Position numbers and translations under genes: made by a program. The notes under the pieces are model-generated. The model did not search any database, was not told the DNA's origin, and was given only the letters and a program-made list of their open reading frames with translations. Source: Squalus acanthias (Eukaryota). Taken from it: a stretch of 64,000 nucleotides of DNA. Positions 25,291 through 35,238 of this stretch are shown here, piece after piece (the stretch's first letter is position 1; each line of letters begins with the position of its first letter). The DNA is taken from positions 133,054,001-133,118,000 of the forward strand of contig CM059432.1 of assembly GCA_030390025.1 (NCBI GenBank), given 5' to 3'.

Positions 25291-25821
25291 GCAGTTACTC
25301 ACCGCTCAGGGTGTACTAATGCACCATAGTTTGCCGTAGTCCCACCTCTATCAAGAGTACTGTGAATTCATTGTGAAAAGCTAGAAAATATCGAACTTCA
25401 TTCTCTGTTGAAAATTCCAATGGAGTTAAGTGTCGTTCAAATCATTTGATCTACTGAAATAGTTTGAGCCTCCTCAATGGGGTGTTATTATCCTGCTAGG
25501 GATGGAGGGAGGGCTGGTGAATGATTATGGCTTAAGTAAACCACTCTCTGACACAGCAGTGGCCTCAAATTTACCACTTTTGAAATAAAGCAATGGTCCT
25601 TTAGAAGTTTTAAACTGAATATCACACTAGTTAAATTCTTCAAAAACCAGTGCTAATAAAGAACATCCCAGGCTTGGAATCTCCTGCTGTGCTAAGCACT
25701 GGCTCTATGTTTATGCTGGAAATTTCCAACAGTTATACTTGGAAGCAGCCCAGTGTATTTATGCTTTACCATTTAGTGGTTGGAATCGCTTCGTGAAGAT
25801 TTCCCCTTGCTGTGTGTAAAA

Positions 25822-26236
25822 AAAGAAAGACTTGCATTTCTATAGCGTCTTTCCTCACTTCAGTACGTCCAAAAATGCTTTACAACCAATGAAGAACTTG
25901 TGAAGTGGAGTCACTGTTGTAATGTGGGAAACAGCGGCAGCCAATTTGCGCACAGCAAGCTCCCACAAACAGCAATGTGATAATGACCAGATAATCTGTT
26001 TTTAGGTGTTGGTTGTGGGATAAATATTGTCCCAGGACACCGGGGAGAACTCCCCTGCTCTACTTCCAAATAGTGCCACGTGATCTTTTGCGCCCACCCG
26101 AGAGGACAGACGGGGCCTCGGTTTAACGTCTCATCTGAAAGACGGCACTTCCGACAGTGCGGCACTCCCTCAGTACTGCACTGGGAGTGTCGGCCTGGAT
26201 GGTGTGCTCAGGTTTGTGGAGTGGGACTCCAACCCA
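25822..26236 (-). mobile_element. SacSINE1-like SINE
   Basis: Deu body and tail. The head is cut at about 26236 by a MITE-like piece ending aaattctgggcc (about 26413). Confidence 0.85.
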
Positions 26237-27949
26237 CCGGCGTCAACTGCAACAGAGCCCCCTGTGGAGGAGCAGGGTATCTCTGACAGCAACATCCGGA
26301 TTTCCATATTTAACTGCGCATGTGCGGACGCCAGAAGTTGCTGTCAGTTTTACCCAGTAATAACGGCGAGCGCTGACAAGCCTTGTCGTTATTACTACTG
26401 CAAATTCTGGGCCATTAAGATTGCAGCGATGAAGTGCCGCTTGAGTGGCGAGTGTCTCATTTGATTGCTACACTTGAAAAGCTCAGACTTCAGTTGAATA
26501 ACATACTCACTTCACTAATTGGAAATAAAACTGCTCTTGCCATGCGGTGGTAATTGCATTGCTTATAAGTAATGAATATTTATTACAGCCGAATTGGAGG
26601 GAAGGGAAGGCACTAACTGATGTAGAGAGCTTTCTGAACAAGTTTGAGGGTCATCCCATGTTTCAAACGGAATAAGAGCTGTGTGATCGGCCTTGCCAAC
26701 CCAATCACAGCCCGAGTCCTGTTCATTATGAAAACCATAGGCTTAGGGAACGAAAGCAGCTCAGACAGTTGCGACTGCGGGGAAAGGAGCTGCAAGTTGA
26801 GAAGATCAGGCCTCGGAGGCAGGATTAGCAACCTTGGGACTGCTTTGTGAATGTACGGATGGTTGTTAATTCAGGTGTGGGTTGCAGGGACTGGGGGAGT
26901 TTGTCTGCAGCCTCTGGACAAAAAGCTGTCAGAAAGTAGCAAACATGGTCCTGGAGCCTGGGTCCCAGAGCTTAGCTGCAGTGACAGCAGTGGGTCATAG
27001 GAGTCACCAGGCACAATGGTCTTTAAGTCACCAAGGGATAGGTGAAGTTGCATTGCTGTGTGTGGCGCTGCTGTGGATGGTTGTTGCCTGGTAAAAAGCC
27101 TCCAGGAGTTTTGAATGAGAAAAGCTAATGACTGGAGCAGGGAAACAACAGTTTAACCCTGCTGACAGCAAAGGGGAAGATGAACAGTCTTGCTAAATTG
27201 CCGAGGATGAGAAACCAGTTTCAATAAATATTGCACAACTGTTTCAAGCTATCCTAAATAATTAAACCAAGCTGTTAATGCAGTTAATGTTTTTCATTTT
27301 TGGATCTTGAGAAACATGCACGGGTGTGAGTTCCTCTGATATGTCGGTAAGTTAAACCTCATTGGATGGGACCAGCTCGCAAAATGTGAGGAGTGGATTG
27401 GTCCATTTCATGCTTAATCAAAATGATTATATCAATTGTCCAGATCATAGTCAGTGGAATTCTTCAGAAAATGCTGAAAATTAATTCTATTATTTTCTAA
27501 TGCTGTACAAAACGCTCTGAAAAAATGTGCAGTATTTTTATGCCAAATTCTATAATAATATAGCAAAATCCATTGCTTTTATTTCAGTAACATTACAAGC
27601 AGTGATATTGTTAACATTTCTATGATCTTAATGGTTAACCACAGAAACAACACAGAAGGAGACAATTTGGCCCATTGTGTCTGTGCTAGAACAACCCGTA
27701 ACTAATCCCACTGCCCTGCTTTCTCCCCATAGCCCTGTATCTTCCTGTACTTCACATATTTATCTACTGTTCCTTAAAAAGATGCAATATTCTCTGCATC
27801 AACTACACCCAGTTGCAAAGTCCGCATTGTAACATCCAATTGGTCATTAAATGATTCCGACATTTTCACCTCCACTATTCTATCTGGGAGTACATTCAAC
27901 ATATTGATCACCTTTGTGAGGAAGAACTGATACGAGTCCTGAATTTCAC

Positions 27950-28350
27950 AGAATCAGAGAATAGCACAGCACAGAAGGAGGCCATTCGGCCCATCACGCT
28001 CTTTCAAAGAGCAATCCAGTTAGTCCCACACCCCGCTCTTTCTCCATATCCCTGCAATTTTTTCTCCTTCAAGTATTTATCCAATTCCTTTTTGAAGGCT
28101 ACTATTGAATCTGTGTCCACCACCCTATCAGGCACTGCATTCCAAATCCTAACCACTCGTTGTGTCAAAATATAGCAAAATATCTTCCACAAGTGACCTC
28201 TGGATCTTTTGCCAATCACCTTAAATCTGTGCCCTCTCGTTATCGACCCTTCAGCATTGGAAACAGTTTCTCTTTATTTACTCAAATCTAAACCCTTCAT
28301 GATTTTAAATACCTCTATCAAATCTCCTCTTAGCCTTCTCTGCTCTAAGG
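27950..28350 (-). mobile_element. CR1 3' fragment
   Basis: ORF 28004-28219 (TQRVVRIWNAVPDRVV...AFKKELDKYL). Confidence 0.85.
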
Positions 28351-29342
28351 GAATTTACCTTTTAGTAATTGGAATTGATGTCTCCTTGTCCTACTCTCAC
28401 AATTTAACTTCAAGTTAGTTTCAAGATTTACCTTTCCTAAACTATTTACTATCTTGCATACTACCAGAAGACCACGGAGCAGAACTGCTGCCTACTCCAC
28501 CCAGGTGTGATGTCCCTGGCCATTTACTTGGCCCTAGGGCATTGCCTGCAAAGGTCCACCCACGTAGGGTCCAGCACCAGCTGAAAGGGCATTTAGGTCA
28601 TGGAAATCAGGTGGGAGTCCTGGAAACTCCCCTCTCACCTCATTAATATAGCTCCGTGAGGCTTGTACCTACTGTAAGCAGATGGCAAGCTCATAATCAC
28701 CACTTCACCCCACCCACCCCCCACCCACCCCCTGCCCCGCTCCACACCCAGGAAAGCTGTGGAAATTGCAGGGAAAAATAAAAGGGACGGAGACCCAGGG
28801 GGCGATTTTCTCAGCCCCGAGGAGGCGGGTATGGAGGCGGGACTACTGGGAAAATGGCAGAATTTGGGGGCGGGTGGCAAACCCGCCCCCAACCCGCCTC
28901 CGTGCCATCTTCCCAGGAGGCGGGTTGCTGTCCTGCGCCGGGTCCCGTCTCCTTGGAGGCAGGAAGGGATTAAAGCCTATTAACTGCCTGTTAACAGGTA
29001 GTTTTTGCCCTCACAAGTGCGGGCTTCCTGAAGGCTCCAAAACCCACCAGGGTCACCGAGGTGAGTAGTGGGTCTGCGGGGGTCGGGGGGGGGGGGGGTG
29101 CAAAAGTGTGGTGTGAAGGTAGCTGATGGGTGCAAGAGTGCAGAGGTGAGTATCTGAGGTAAGTTCTAAGGGGGAAAAATTCAGTTGGTTTGCGCCTCCC
29201 TTTAGCGCCTTAAGAGGGCGCTAATGGGGCGCAAAGCAACTAGTGCCTGGGCGCGGCGATGTCTGCGCCGCTCGCGAAATTGACCAGACATTTTGCGGCG
29301 GCGCTAAACAATAACGCCCCGATCTCCTGCGCCCGCAGATCT

Positions 29343-29486
29343 TGACGTCATTCGAGCATGCAACGCCCTTGTGGCGCCCCGGACCGGATATTGAGTGGCG
29401 CCCCCCTCCATTCCGCCTGGCGCAAGCAACGACAGGTAGACTGGAATGTTTCCCAGTCGGTGTGGGGTGGGGGGGCGCTATTTAAA
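29343..29486 (+). promoter_or_regulatory. Putative transposase promoter of element A: CRE (TGACGTCA 29343-29350) and TATA-like TATTTAAA (29479-29486)
   Basis: Both motifs are conserved in element B (36633-36640, 36770-36777) although the surrounding sequence differs. Confidence 0.5.
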
Positions 29487-29678
29487 GGCGGCCTCTTCCT
29501 GGCTTTTTCTGTGGTAGACATTTTTGCACCACTCATTCTGACAGAGAGAGAGATTCTGAGAGAGAGAAGGAGAGACTTCTGCATAGAGTCAACACTGTGT
29601 GAAGTAGTTTTGGCTACTGAGCATCACTTTGCAGGTACTTTTGTTTTTGATCTTCATTACTTTGATTGCCAAGAGTCT

Positions 29679-30923
29679 ATGGGGGCTGCACTGATTCGGG
29701 GCGTCGTCCTGCGCCTGCAGATTCGGAGGCCACAGAGACGCAGAGAGAGAGTGGCAATCATGGCCAGATGGAGGAGGGCCAACAGGCCTCTGTACAGGAG
29801 ACCTTACCCTCCCAGGGTATTTCGCCAACAATTCTCCTACATTAATTTGTCTGAGGAGCAGTGTTTGCGCAGGCTGCGCTTCAGCAAGGAGGTGGTCACT
29901 GAGCTCTGCCACCTGCTGCAGCCAGATCTGCAGCCTCTACTGAGGACCAGGACGTCTCTGTCGGCAGTGAAGATCACAGTGGCTCTGAACTTTAATGCCA
30001 CCGGCTCTTTTCAAGCAGCTACTGGGGACATCGCCAATATCTCCCAGTTCGCGGTCCATTGCTGCATCCGTCAGGTCACAAATGCCCTCTATAAAAGGAG
30101 ACACCAGTACATCTCTTTCCTGATGACCCGGGCCAAACAGCATGAACGCGCATTGGGCTTTGCGAGGATAGCGGGCTTCCCCATGGTGCAGGGCGCCATT
30201 GACTGCACGCATGTGGCATTGCGTGCACCGCATGAGAATGCAGAGGATTTCCGCAACCGCAAGGGATTCCACTCCTTAAACGTCCAGTTGGTCTGTGACC
30301 ACAGACAGCTGATACTCGCTGTCAATGCCCGCTATCCTGGCAGCAGCCATGATGCATTCATCCTGCGCCAGACTGCTGTGGCAGAACTTTTCCAGGCACC
30401 GCATCACCCAAGTGGTTGGCTCCTCGGGGTCAAGGGTTATCCACTGTGCACCTGGCTGATGACACCGCTCCGTAACCCCAACACCCCTGCTGAGCTGCGG
30501 TACAACGAGAGCCATCTCGCCACCAGGAACATCGTTGAGCACACAATCGGCGTGCTCAAGCAACGGTTCCGCTGTCTGGACTGCTCAGGAGGAGCCCTGC
30601 AGTACTTGCCTGAGCGAGTCTCCCTCTTCATAGTTGTGTGCTGCATGCTGCATAACCTGGCAATCCTCAGGACCCAGCCAATGCCACCAGGCCTTGGAGC
30701 ACCACTGGAGGAGGAGGAGGAAGAGGAGGAGGAAGTGGAGGAGGATGATCATCAGCAGCACCAAGGCGGGAGGGAGGCCCACAATGTTGAAATTGGAAGG
30801 GCCGTCCGTCAACGGCTGATAGCAAGTCGCTTCGAGGCCCCTGCTGAGGGAATGGCTTCTGCCATTGAGAACAACATGAATGAAACCAACCCACAACCCC
30901 TAAGCCGGCCAAGGCAGCAATGA
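29679..30923 (+). CDS. Harbinger DDE transposase, 414 aa, probably catalytically dead
   Basis: The ATG is homologous to element B's start. GAIDCTH, NRKGFHSLNVQLVCD and YPGSSHDA are present. The second catalytic Asp is changed (GVKGY, codon 30429-30431) and the stop is lost (GAG at 30834-30836). Confidence 0.9.
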   Translation: MGAALIRGVVLRLQIRRPQRRRERVAIMARWRRANRPLYRRPYPPRVFRQQFSYINLSEEQCLRRLRFSKEVVTELCHLLQPDLQPLLRTRTSLSAVKITVALNFNATGSFQAATGDIANISQFAVHCCIRQVTNALYKRRHQYISFLMTRAKQHERALGFARIAGFPMVQGAIDCTHVALRAPHENAEDFRNRKGFHSLNVQLVCDHRQLILAVNARYPGSSHDAFILRQTAVAELFQAPHHPSGWLLGVKGYPLCTWLMTPLRNPNTPAELRYNESHLATRNIVEHTIGVLKQRFRCLDCSGGALQYLPERVSLFIVVCCMLHNLAILRTQPMPPGLGAPLEEEEEEEEEVEEDDHQQHQGGREAHNVEIGRAVRQRLIASRFEAPAEGMASAIENNMNETNPQPLSRPRQQ

Positions 30924-31045
30924 TTCCAAAGACCAAACATGTACATTTTGAATACAAAAACTTATTTATTTTACAAACTCTGTGTGTGTCATTTCTTCAT
31001 GACTAACTGATAGAAAGAAACACAAAACACAGTCATTAACATAAC

Positions 31046-33207
31046 AACAGAAAACGCTGGAAAAACTCAGCAGGCCAGGCAGCATCCGTGGAGAGAGAAA
31101 GAGAGTTAACGTTTCAGGTCGATGACCTTTCATCAGAACTGGGAAGAGCCGGAAATCAAATAGATTTAAGGCCAGGGTAAAGCTGGGAAAAGGGGGAGGG
31201 GATAAAGGAACAAAGGGGGAGATGAAGAGACATTAAGAGATATGCAAGGCTAGAGGTGGTGTTAATGTGACAGATTAAGGCTGAATGAAGTGTGAAATCC
31301 ACTGGCAGAATGAAGGACAGCTTCTAGAAGGAAAAAAAAAGGTGGGGGGGGGGACAAATAAAAGGGTGGATAAAATAAAATATAAATGTGATTGGAGCTG
31401 AGGTTATGATCTAAAATTGTTGAACTCGATATTGAGTCCAGAGGGCTGTAGCGTGTCTAAACGAAAGATGAGGTGCTGTTCCTCGAGCTTACGCTGAGCT
31501 TCCGTGGAACAGTGTAATAGGCCGAGGACGGTGAGGTCAGAGTGGGAGTGAAGCGGTGAATTAAAGTGACAGGCCACCGGGAGCTCGGGGTCCCCCTTAC
31601 GGACTGAACGGAGGTGTTCCGCAAAGCGGTCACCCAATCTGCGTTTGGTCTCCCCAATGTAGAGGAGTCCACATCGTGAGCAGCGAATACAGTATACTAA
31701 ATTGCAGGAAGTACAAGTAAATTGCTGTTTCACCTGGAAGGGGTGTTTGGGGCCCTGGAGAGTGGGAAGGGGGGATGTATAAGGGCATGTGTTGCATCTC
31801 CTGCGCGTGCACGGGAAGGTGCCGGGCGAAGGGGAAGGGGTGCTGGGGGTGGTAGAGGAGTGGACTAGGGTGTCGCGGAGGGAGCGGTCCCTACGGAATG
31901 CTGAAAGGGGAGGTGAGGGGAAGATGTGTTTGGTGGTGGGATCACGCTGGAGGTGGCGGAAATGGCGGAGGATGATCCGTTGAATGTGGAGGCTGGTGGG
32001 GTGAAAGGTGAGGACAAGGGGAACCCTATCGTGGTTCCGGGAGGGAGGGGCAGGGGTGAGGGCAGATGTGCGGGAGATAGAACGGACACGGTCGAGGGCC
32101 GTGTCGACCACGGCAGAGGGGAATCCTCGGTTGAGGAAAAAGGAAGACATGTCGGAAGCACTGGTATGGAAGGTGGCATCATCAGAGCAGATGCGGCGGA
32201 GACGGAGAAACTGGGAGAATGGAATAGAGTCCTTACAGGAGGCGGGGTGGGAGGAAGTGTAGTCCAGGTAGCTGTGGGAGTCGGTGGGCTTGTAGTGAAT
32301 GTTAGTCAATAACCTATCCCCAGAGATGGAGATGGAGAAGTCGAGGAAGGGAAGGGAAGAGTCGGAGATGGACCATGTGAAGGTGAGGGAAGGGTGGAAA
32401 TTGGAAGCATAGTGAATGAAATGTTCTAGTTCAGGGCGAGAGCAGGAGACGGCACCGATACAGTCATCAATGTACCGGAAAAAGAGGTGAGGGAGGGGAC
32501 CCGAGTAGGACTGGAACAAAGAGTGTTCCACATATCCCACGAAAAGGCAGGCATAGCTAGGACCCATGCGGGTACCCATAGCAACACCTTTAATTTGGAG
32601 GAAATGGGTAGAGTCAAAGGAGAAGTTGTTCAATGTGAGAACAAGTTCAGCCAGGCGGAGGAGGGTGGTGGTGGATGGGGACTGGTTGGGCCTCTGTTCA
32701 AGGAAGAAGCGGAGCGCCCTCAGGCCATCCTGATGGGGAATGGAGGTGTAGAGGGATTGTACGTCCATAGTGAAGAGGAGACAGTTGGGGCCGGGAAACT
32801 GGAAACTGTTAAAATGGCGGAGGGCATCGGAAGAGTCGCGGATGTAGGTGGGAAGAGACTGGACAAGGGGAGAAAAAATAGAGTCGAGATAGGAAGAGAT
32901 AAGTTCCGTGGGGCAAGAACTGGCTGAAACGATGGGTCTACCGGGGCAGTCCTGTTTGTGGATCTTGGGAAGGAGGTAGAAGCGGGCTGTGCGGGGTTGG
33001 GGAACTATGAGGTTGGCGGCCGTGGGGGGAAGATCTCCAGAGGAGATGAGGTCAGTGACAGTCTTGGACACGGTGGCTTGATGTTCGGTAGTGGGGTCAT
33101 GGTCCAGGTGGAGGTAGGAGGAGGTGTCAGAGAGTTGGCGTTCAACTTCCGCTAGGTAGAGGTTGGTTCGCCAAACAACAACAGCGCCACCCTTGTCAGC
33201 AGGTTTA
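31046..33207 (-). mobile_element. Penelope-like retroelement, 5'-truncated, 11-bp TSD
   Basis: attaacataac at 31035-31045 and 33208-33218. Element B has the empty site (aataacataac at about 38316-38326). Confidence 0.95.
31104..31140 (-). ncRNA. Minimal type I hammerhead ribozyme in the Penelope 3' end
   Basis: Minus strand reads AGUU-CUGAUGA-A-AGGUC-AUC-GACCU-GAAAC-GUU/AACU: intact core, 5-bp stem II, 4-bp stem I, and a palindromic loop-less stem III. Confidence 0.88.
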
Positions 33208-33215
33208 ATTAACAT
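31404..33215 (-). CDS. Penelope RT + GIY-YIG endonuclease, 603 aa uninterrupted
   Basis: IKPADKGG, FYLLPKIHK, GRPIVS, MDVQSLYTSIP, GVAMG and RYIDD for the RT. NLVYCIRCSRCGLLYIGET, RFAEH and GLN for the GIY-YIG domain. Confidence 0.93.
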   Translation of the reverse strand: MLIKPADKGGAVVVWRTNLYLAEVERQLSDTSSYLHLDHDPTTEHQATVSKTVTDLISSGDLPPTAANLIVPQPRTARFYLLPKIHKQDCPGRPIVSASSCPTELISSYLDSIFSPLVQSLPTYIRDSSDALRHFNSFQFPGPNCLLFTMDVQSLYTSIPHQDGLRALRFFLEQRPNQSPSTTTLLRLAELVLTLNNFSFDSTHFLQIKGVAMGTRMGPSYACLFVGYVEHSLFQSYSGPLPHLFFRYIDDCIGAVSCSRPELEHFIHYASNFHPSLTFTWSISDSSLPFLDFSISISGDRLLTNIHYKPTDSHSYLDYTSSHPASCKDSIPFSQFLRLRRICSDDATFHTSASDMSSFFLNRGFPSAVVDTALDRVRSISRTSALTPAPPSRNHDRVPLVLTFHPTSLHIQRIILRHFRHLQRDPTTKHIFPSPPLSAFRRDRSLRDTLVHSSTTPSTPSPSPGTFPCTRRRCNTCPYTSPLPTLQGPKHPFQVKQQFTCTSCNLVYCIRCSRCGLLYIGETKRRLGDRFAEHLRSVRKGDPELPVACHFNSPLHSHSDLTVLGLLHCSTEAQRKLEEQHLIFRLDTLQPSGLNIEFNNFRS

Positions 33216-33319
33216 AACTGGTTCTCACAACCTGGAGATAATGTCCAAAACATGAAACAAAAGTTTGAACACGAACCTCGGTCTTTAATAAAAAATTGAC
33301 AAACATTTTGTCACACCTC

Positions 33320-35238
33320 CTACTTTTTGCCCTTCGAGGGTGATCTCCTTCCCTTACGCACTTCCCCCCTTCCCACCCTACTGCTCCTCCGTAATGGGGC
33401 CCCAGTGGCTGCAGCAAGGCTGGTGGAAGGCTGCTGACTGTCAGGCCCTGACAATGCAGATGCCCTTGAGGGACGGCCTCGACCAGTTCTGGGCCTGGAG
33501 GGCCCGGCTGCAGACTGCACCAACTCTGCATGGGCGGCAGCAGTCTGTCCTACAGGCAGTGGCAAGTGCAGTGGAGAAGTGACAGTGGTGGCAGCAGGAA
33601 TGCTGTCATCTTGAGAGAGGACAGTAACTCCCTGCTCGACCGACACACTGGCACTCCCACGGGGCAGCATATCAGCATCCGGAGTAATCTGCTGGAGCAC
33701 AGATTGCTGGCCTGCTGCGGTGCAGTGAGAGCCCCAGGGAAATGTGTCCAAACCAGCGAGAATGGCAGCAGTCAGTGCTTGCGTGGCCTCAATCTGAGTC
33801 TGCATGAGAGCAGTCTGAGATCGGTTCATGGCAGCCAGTGACTGAATTGCAGCACTAAGCTTTAGCGTGGCATCCACCTGTGCTACAGCGAAGTGCTCGA
33901 CACTCCTTGCCAGTGATTCAATGCATTCGGGCACCCTTCCCACTGCACCCATGAGCTCAATGTGCATGTCCACCACCTGGGTATTCATTTCAGCAATGAG
34001 CCACTCCTCCTCTGCATCCAGTGCAGCAGGACTCGCTGGCCGACTCTCCCTCCGGGGAGAAGGCCCCCGAGCTTCCCTACCCACATCGCGTTGCCGCAGC
34101 CCGCTGGGTCCTGGAGCTTCACCCTCATCAGACCCTTCCCCCCTGCTCCCCTCCAGGGAAGGCGTGTTCCCAATGTGGGTATGGGCTTCCTCGGGAGAGG
34201 GTGGCGCTGATGCTCCGGCTTCCTCTTCCTCCTCGCCTGCAGCCTCACTCCCACTGGCATCTTGAGGGCCCGTCTCCTTAGCTGGTGAATCACCATCTGA
34301 AAGCAGGGAGGTACAAGAGTGGCTTTAGCGTCAGCACAGGGGGGCAGTAAGGGAGGAATGAGTGCAGCGATTTAGTAATTTGGATTGAAAGTGTCAAAGG
34401 CTGGTGTTGTGAGGGACAAGTGGAAGGACAGAGGACAAAAAGGTGATGACCTTACCATTGCTGTCCAGAACGGGGTCGGCCTCTCCAGGGGTGACGGGAC
34501 CGATCACCTGGCTTGCCACAATCCTGTGGACGCGCGCCTCAAGTTCGCTGAGGGGTTGGAGCTGAGGCCGCCCTCCACCCGTCCGTTGCTGCTGTCTCCT
34601 ATTATGAGATAGCTTGGCCTGCAAGAAAAAGGACGGCGTCTGAGTAAATATACAGCCATGGTCTTGCCTGATGTGCTTCCCATAATTGAATAGCCCTTAC
34701 TCTATGCAGCCATGGTCTTGCCTGATGTGCCTCCCATAATTGAATAGCCCTTACTGTATGCAGCCATGGTCTTGCCTGATGTGCCTCCCATAATTGAATA
34801 GCCCTTACTGTATGCAGCCATGGTCTTGCCTGATGTGCCTCCCATAGGTGAATAGCCCTTACTGTATGCAAAGTGTGGAATGTGCGTGTGTTTCATGAGA
34901 GGGCCATAGGTGTTGGATGAGTGTTGGGCATTGGGGTTTTAAGACCCTCTGGCCATTGAGTGAGATTGAGATGGAGGGATGGAGAGGTATTGAAAAAAAG
35001 CCACTCACCCTGACGACCCGAGTGAGGTCGTTGAACTTTTTTCGACATTGAGTATGGGTCCTGGGCGCCATGCTCCTGGAGGAGACGTTCTGAGCCTCCA
35101 CACTCTTCTGTACTCGCGTGGCAAAGGCCTCCTGCCACTCTCTGGGTACAGTATTGATCTTCTGCGCTCCACCGCGCCAACCAGAGCCTCCAAGGCCTGC
35201 TCGCTGAAGTGCTGAGCTCGTTCTCTCACCCTCTCCAC
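33320..35238 (-). pseudogene. Harbinger Myb/SANT partner gene of element A (exons 35238-35009, 34618-34456, 34296-33320), frameshifted
   Basis: Same GT-AG introns as element B. The start is GTG rather than ATG, and a 7-bp deletion at about 35096 shifts the frame inside the Myb domain. Confidence 0.88.
34653..34870. repeat. 54-bp tandem repeat, 4 copies, in Myb intron 1
   Basis: cagccatggtcttgcctgatgtgcctcccata... starts at 34653, 34707, 34761 and 34815. Confidence 0.95.

Noticed and set aside
29358..29678. 107-codon N-terminal extension of the element A transposase in the ORF track
   Set aside because: It runs through the promoter and (GA)n region and is not open in element B. The homologous start is ATG 29679.
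31404..33215. Prokaryotic retron, group II intron or telomerase RT
   Set aside because: RT followed by a C-terminal GIY-YIG and a hammerhead tail is the Penelope architecture, in a vertebrate repeat context.
34653..34870. CRISPR-like array, coding repeat, or hammerhead array (ctgatgt-gcct...aggt-gaat)
   Set aside because: There are no unique spacers, and the repeat lies inside a GT-AG intron. The hammerhead-like core lacks the invariant A of CUGANGA and the last A of GAAA, and the putative stem II is broken in three of the four units.
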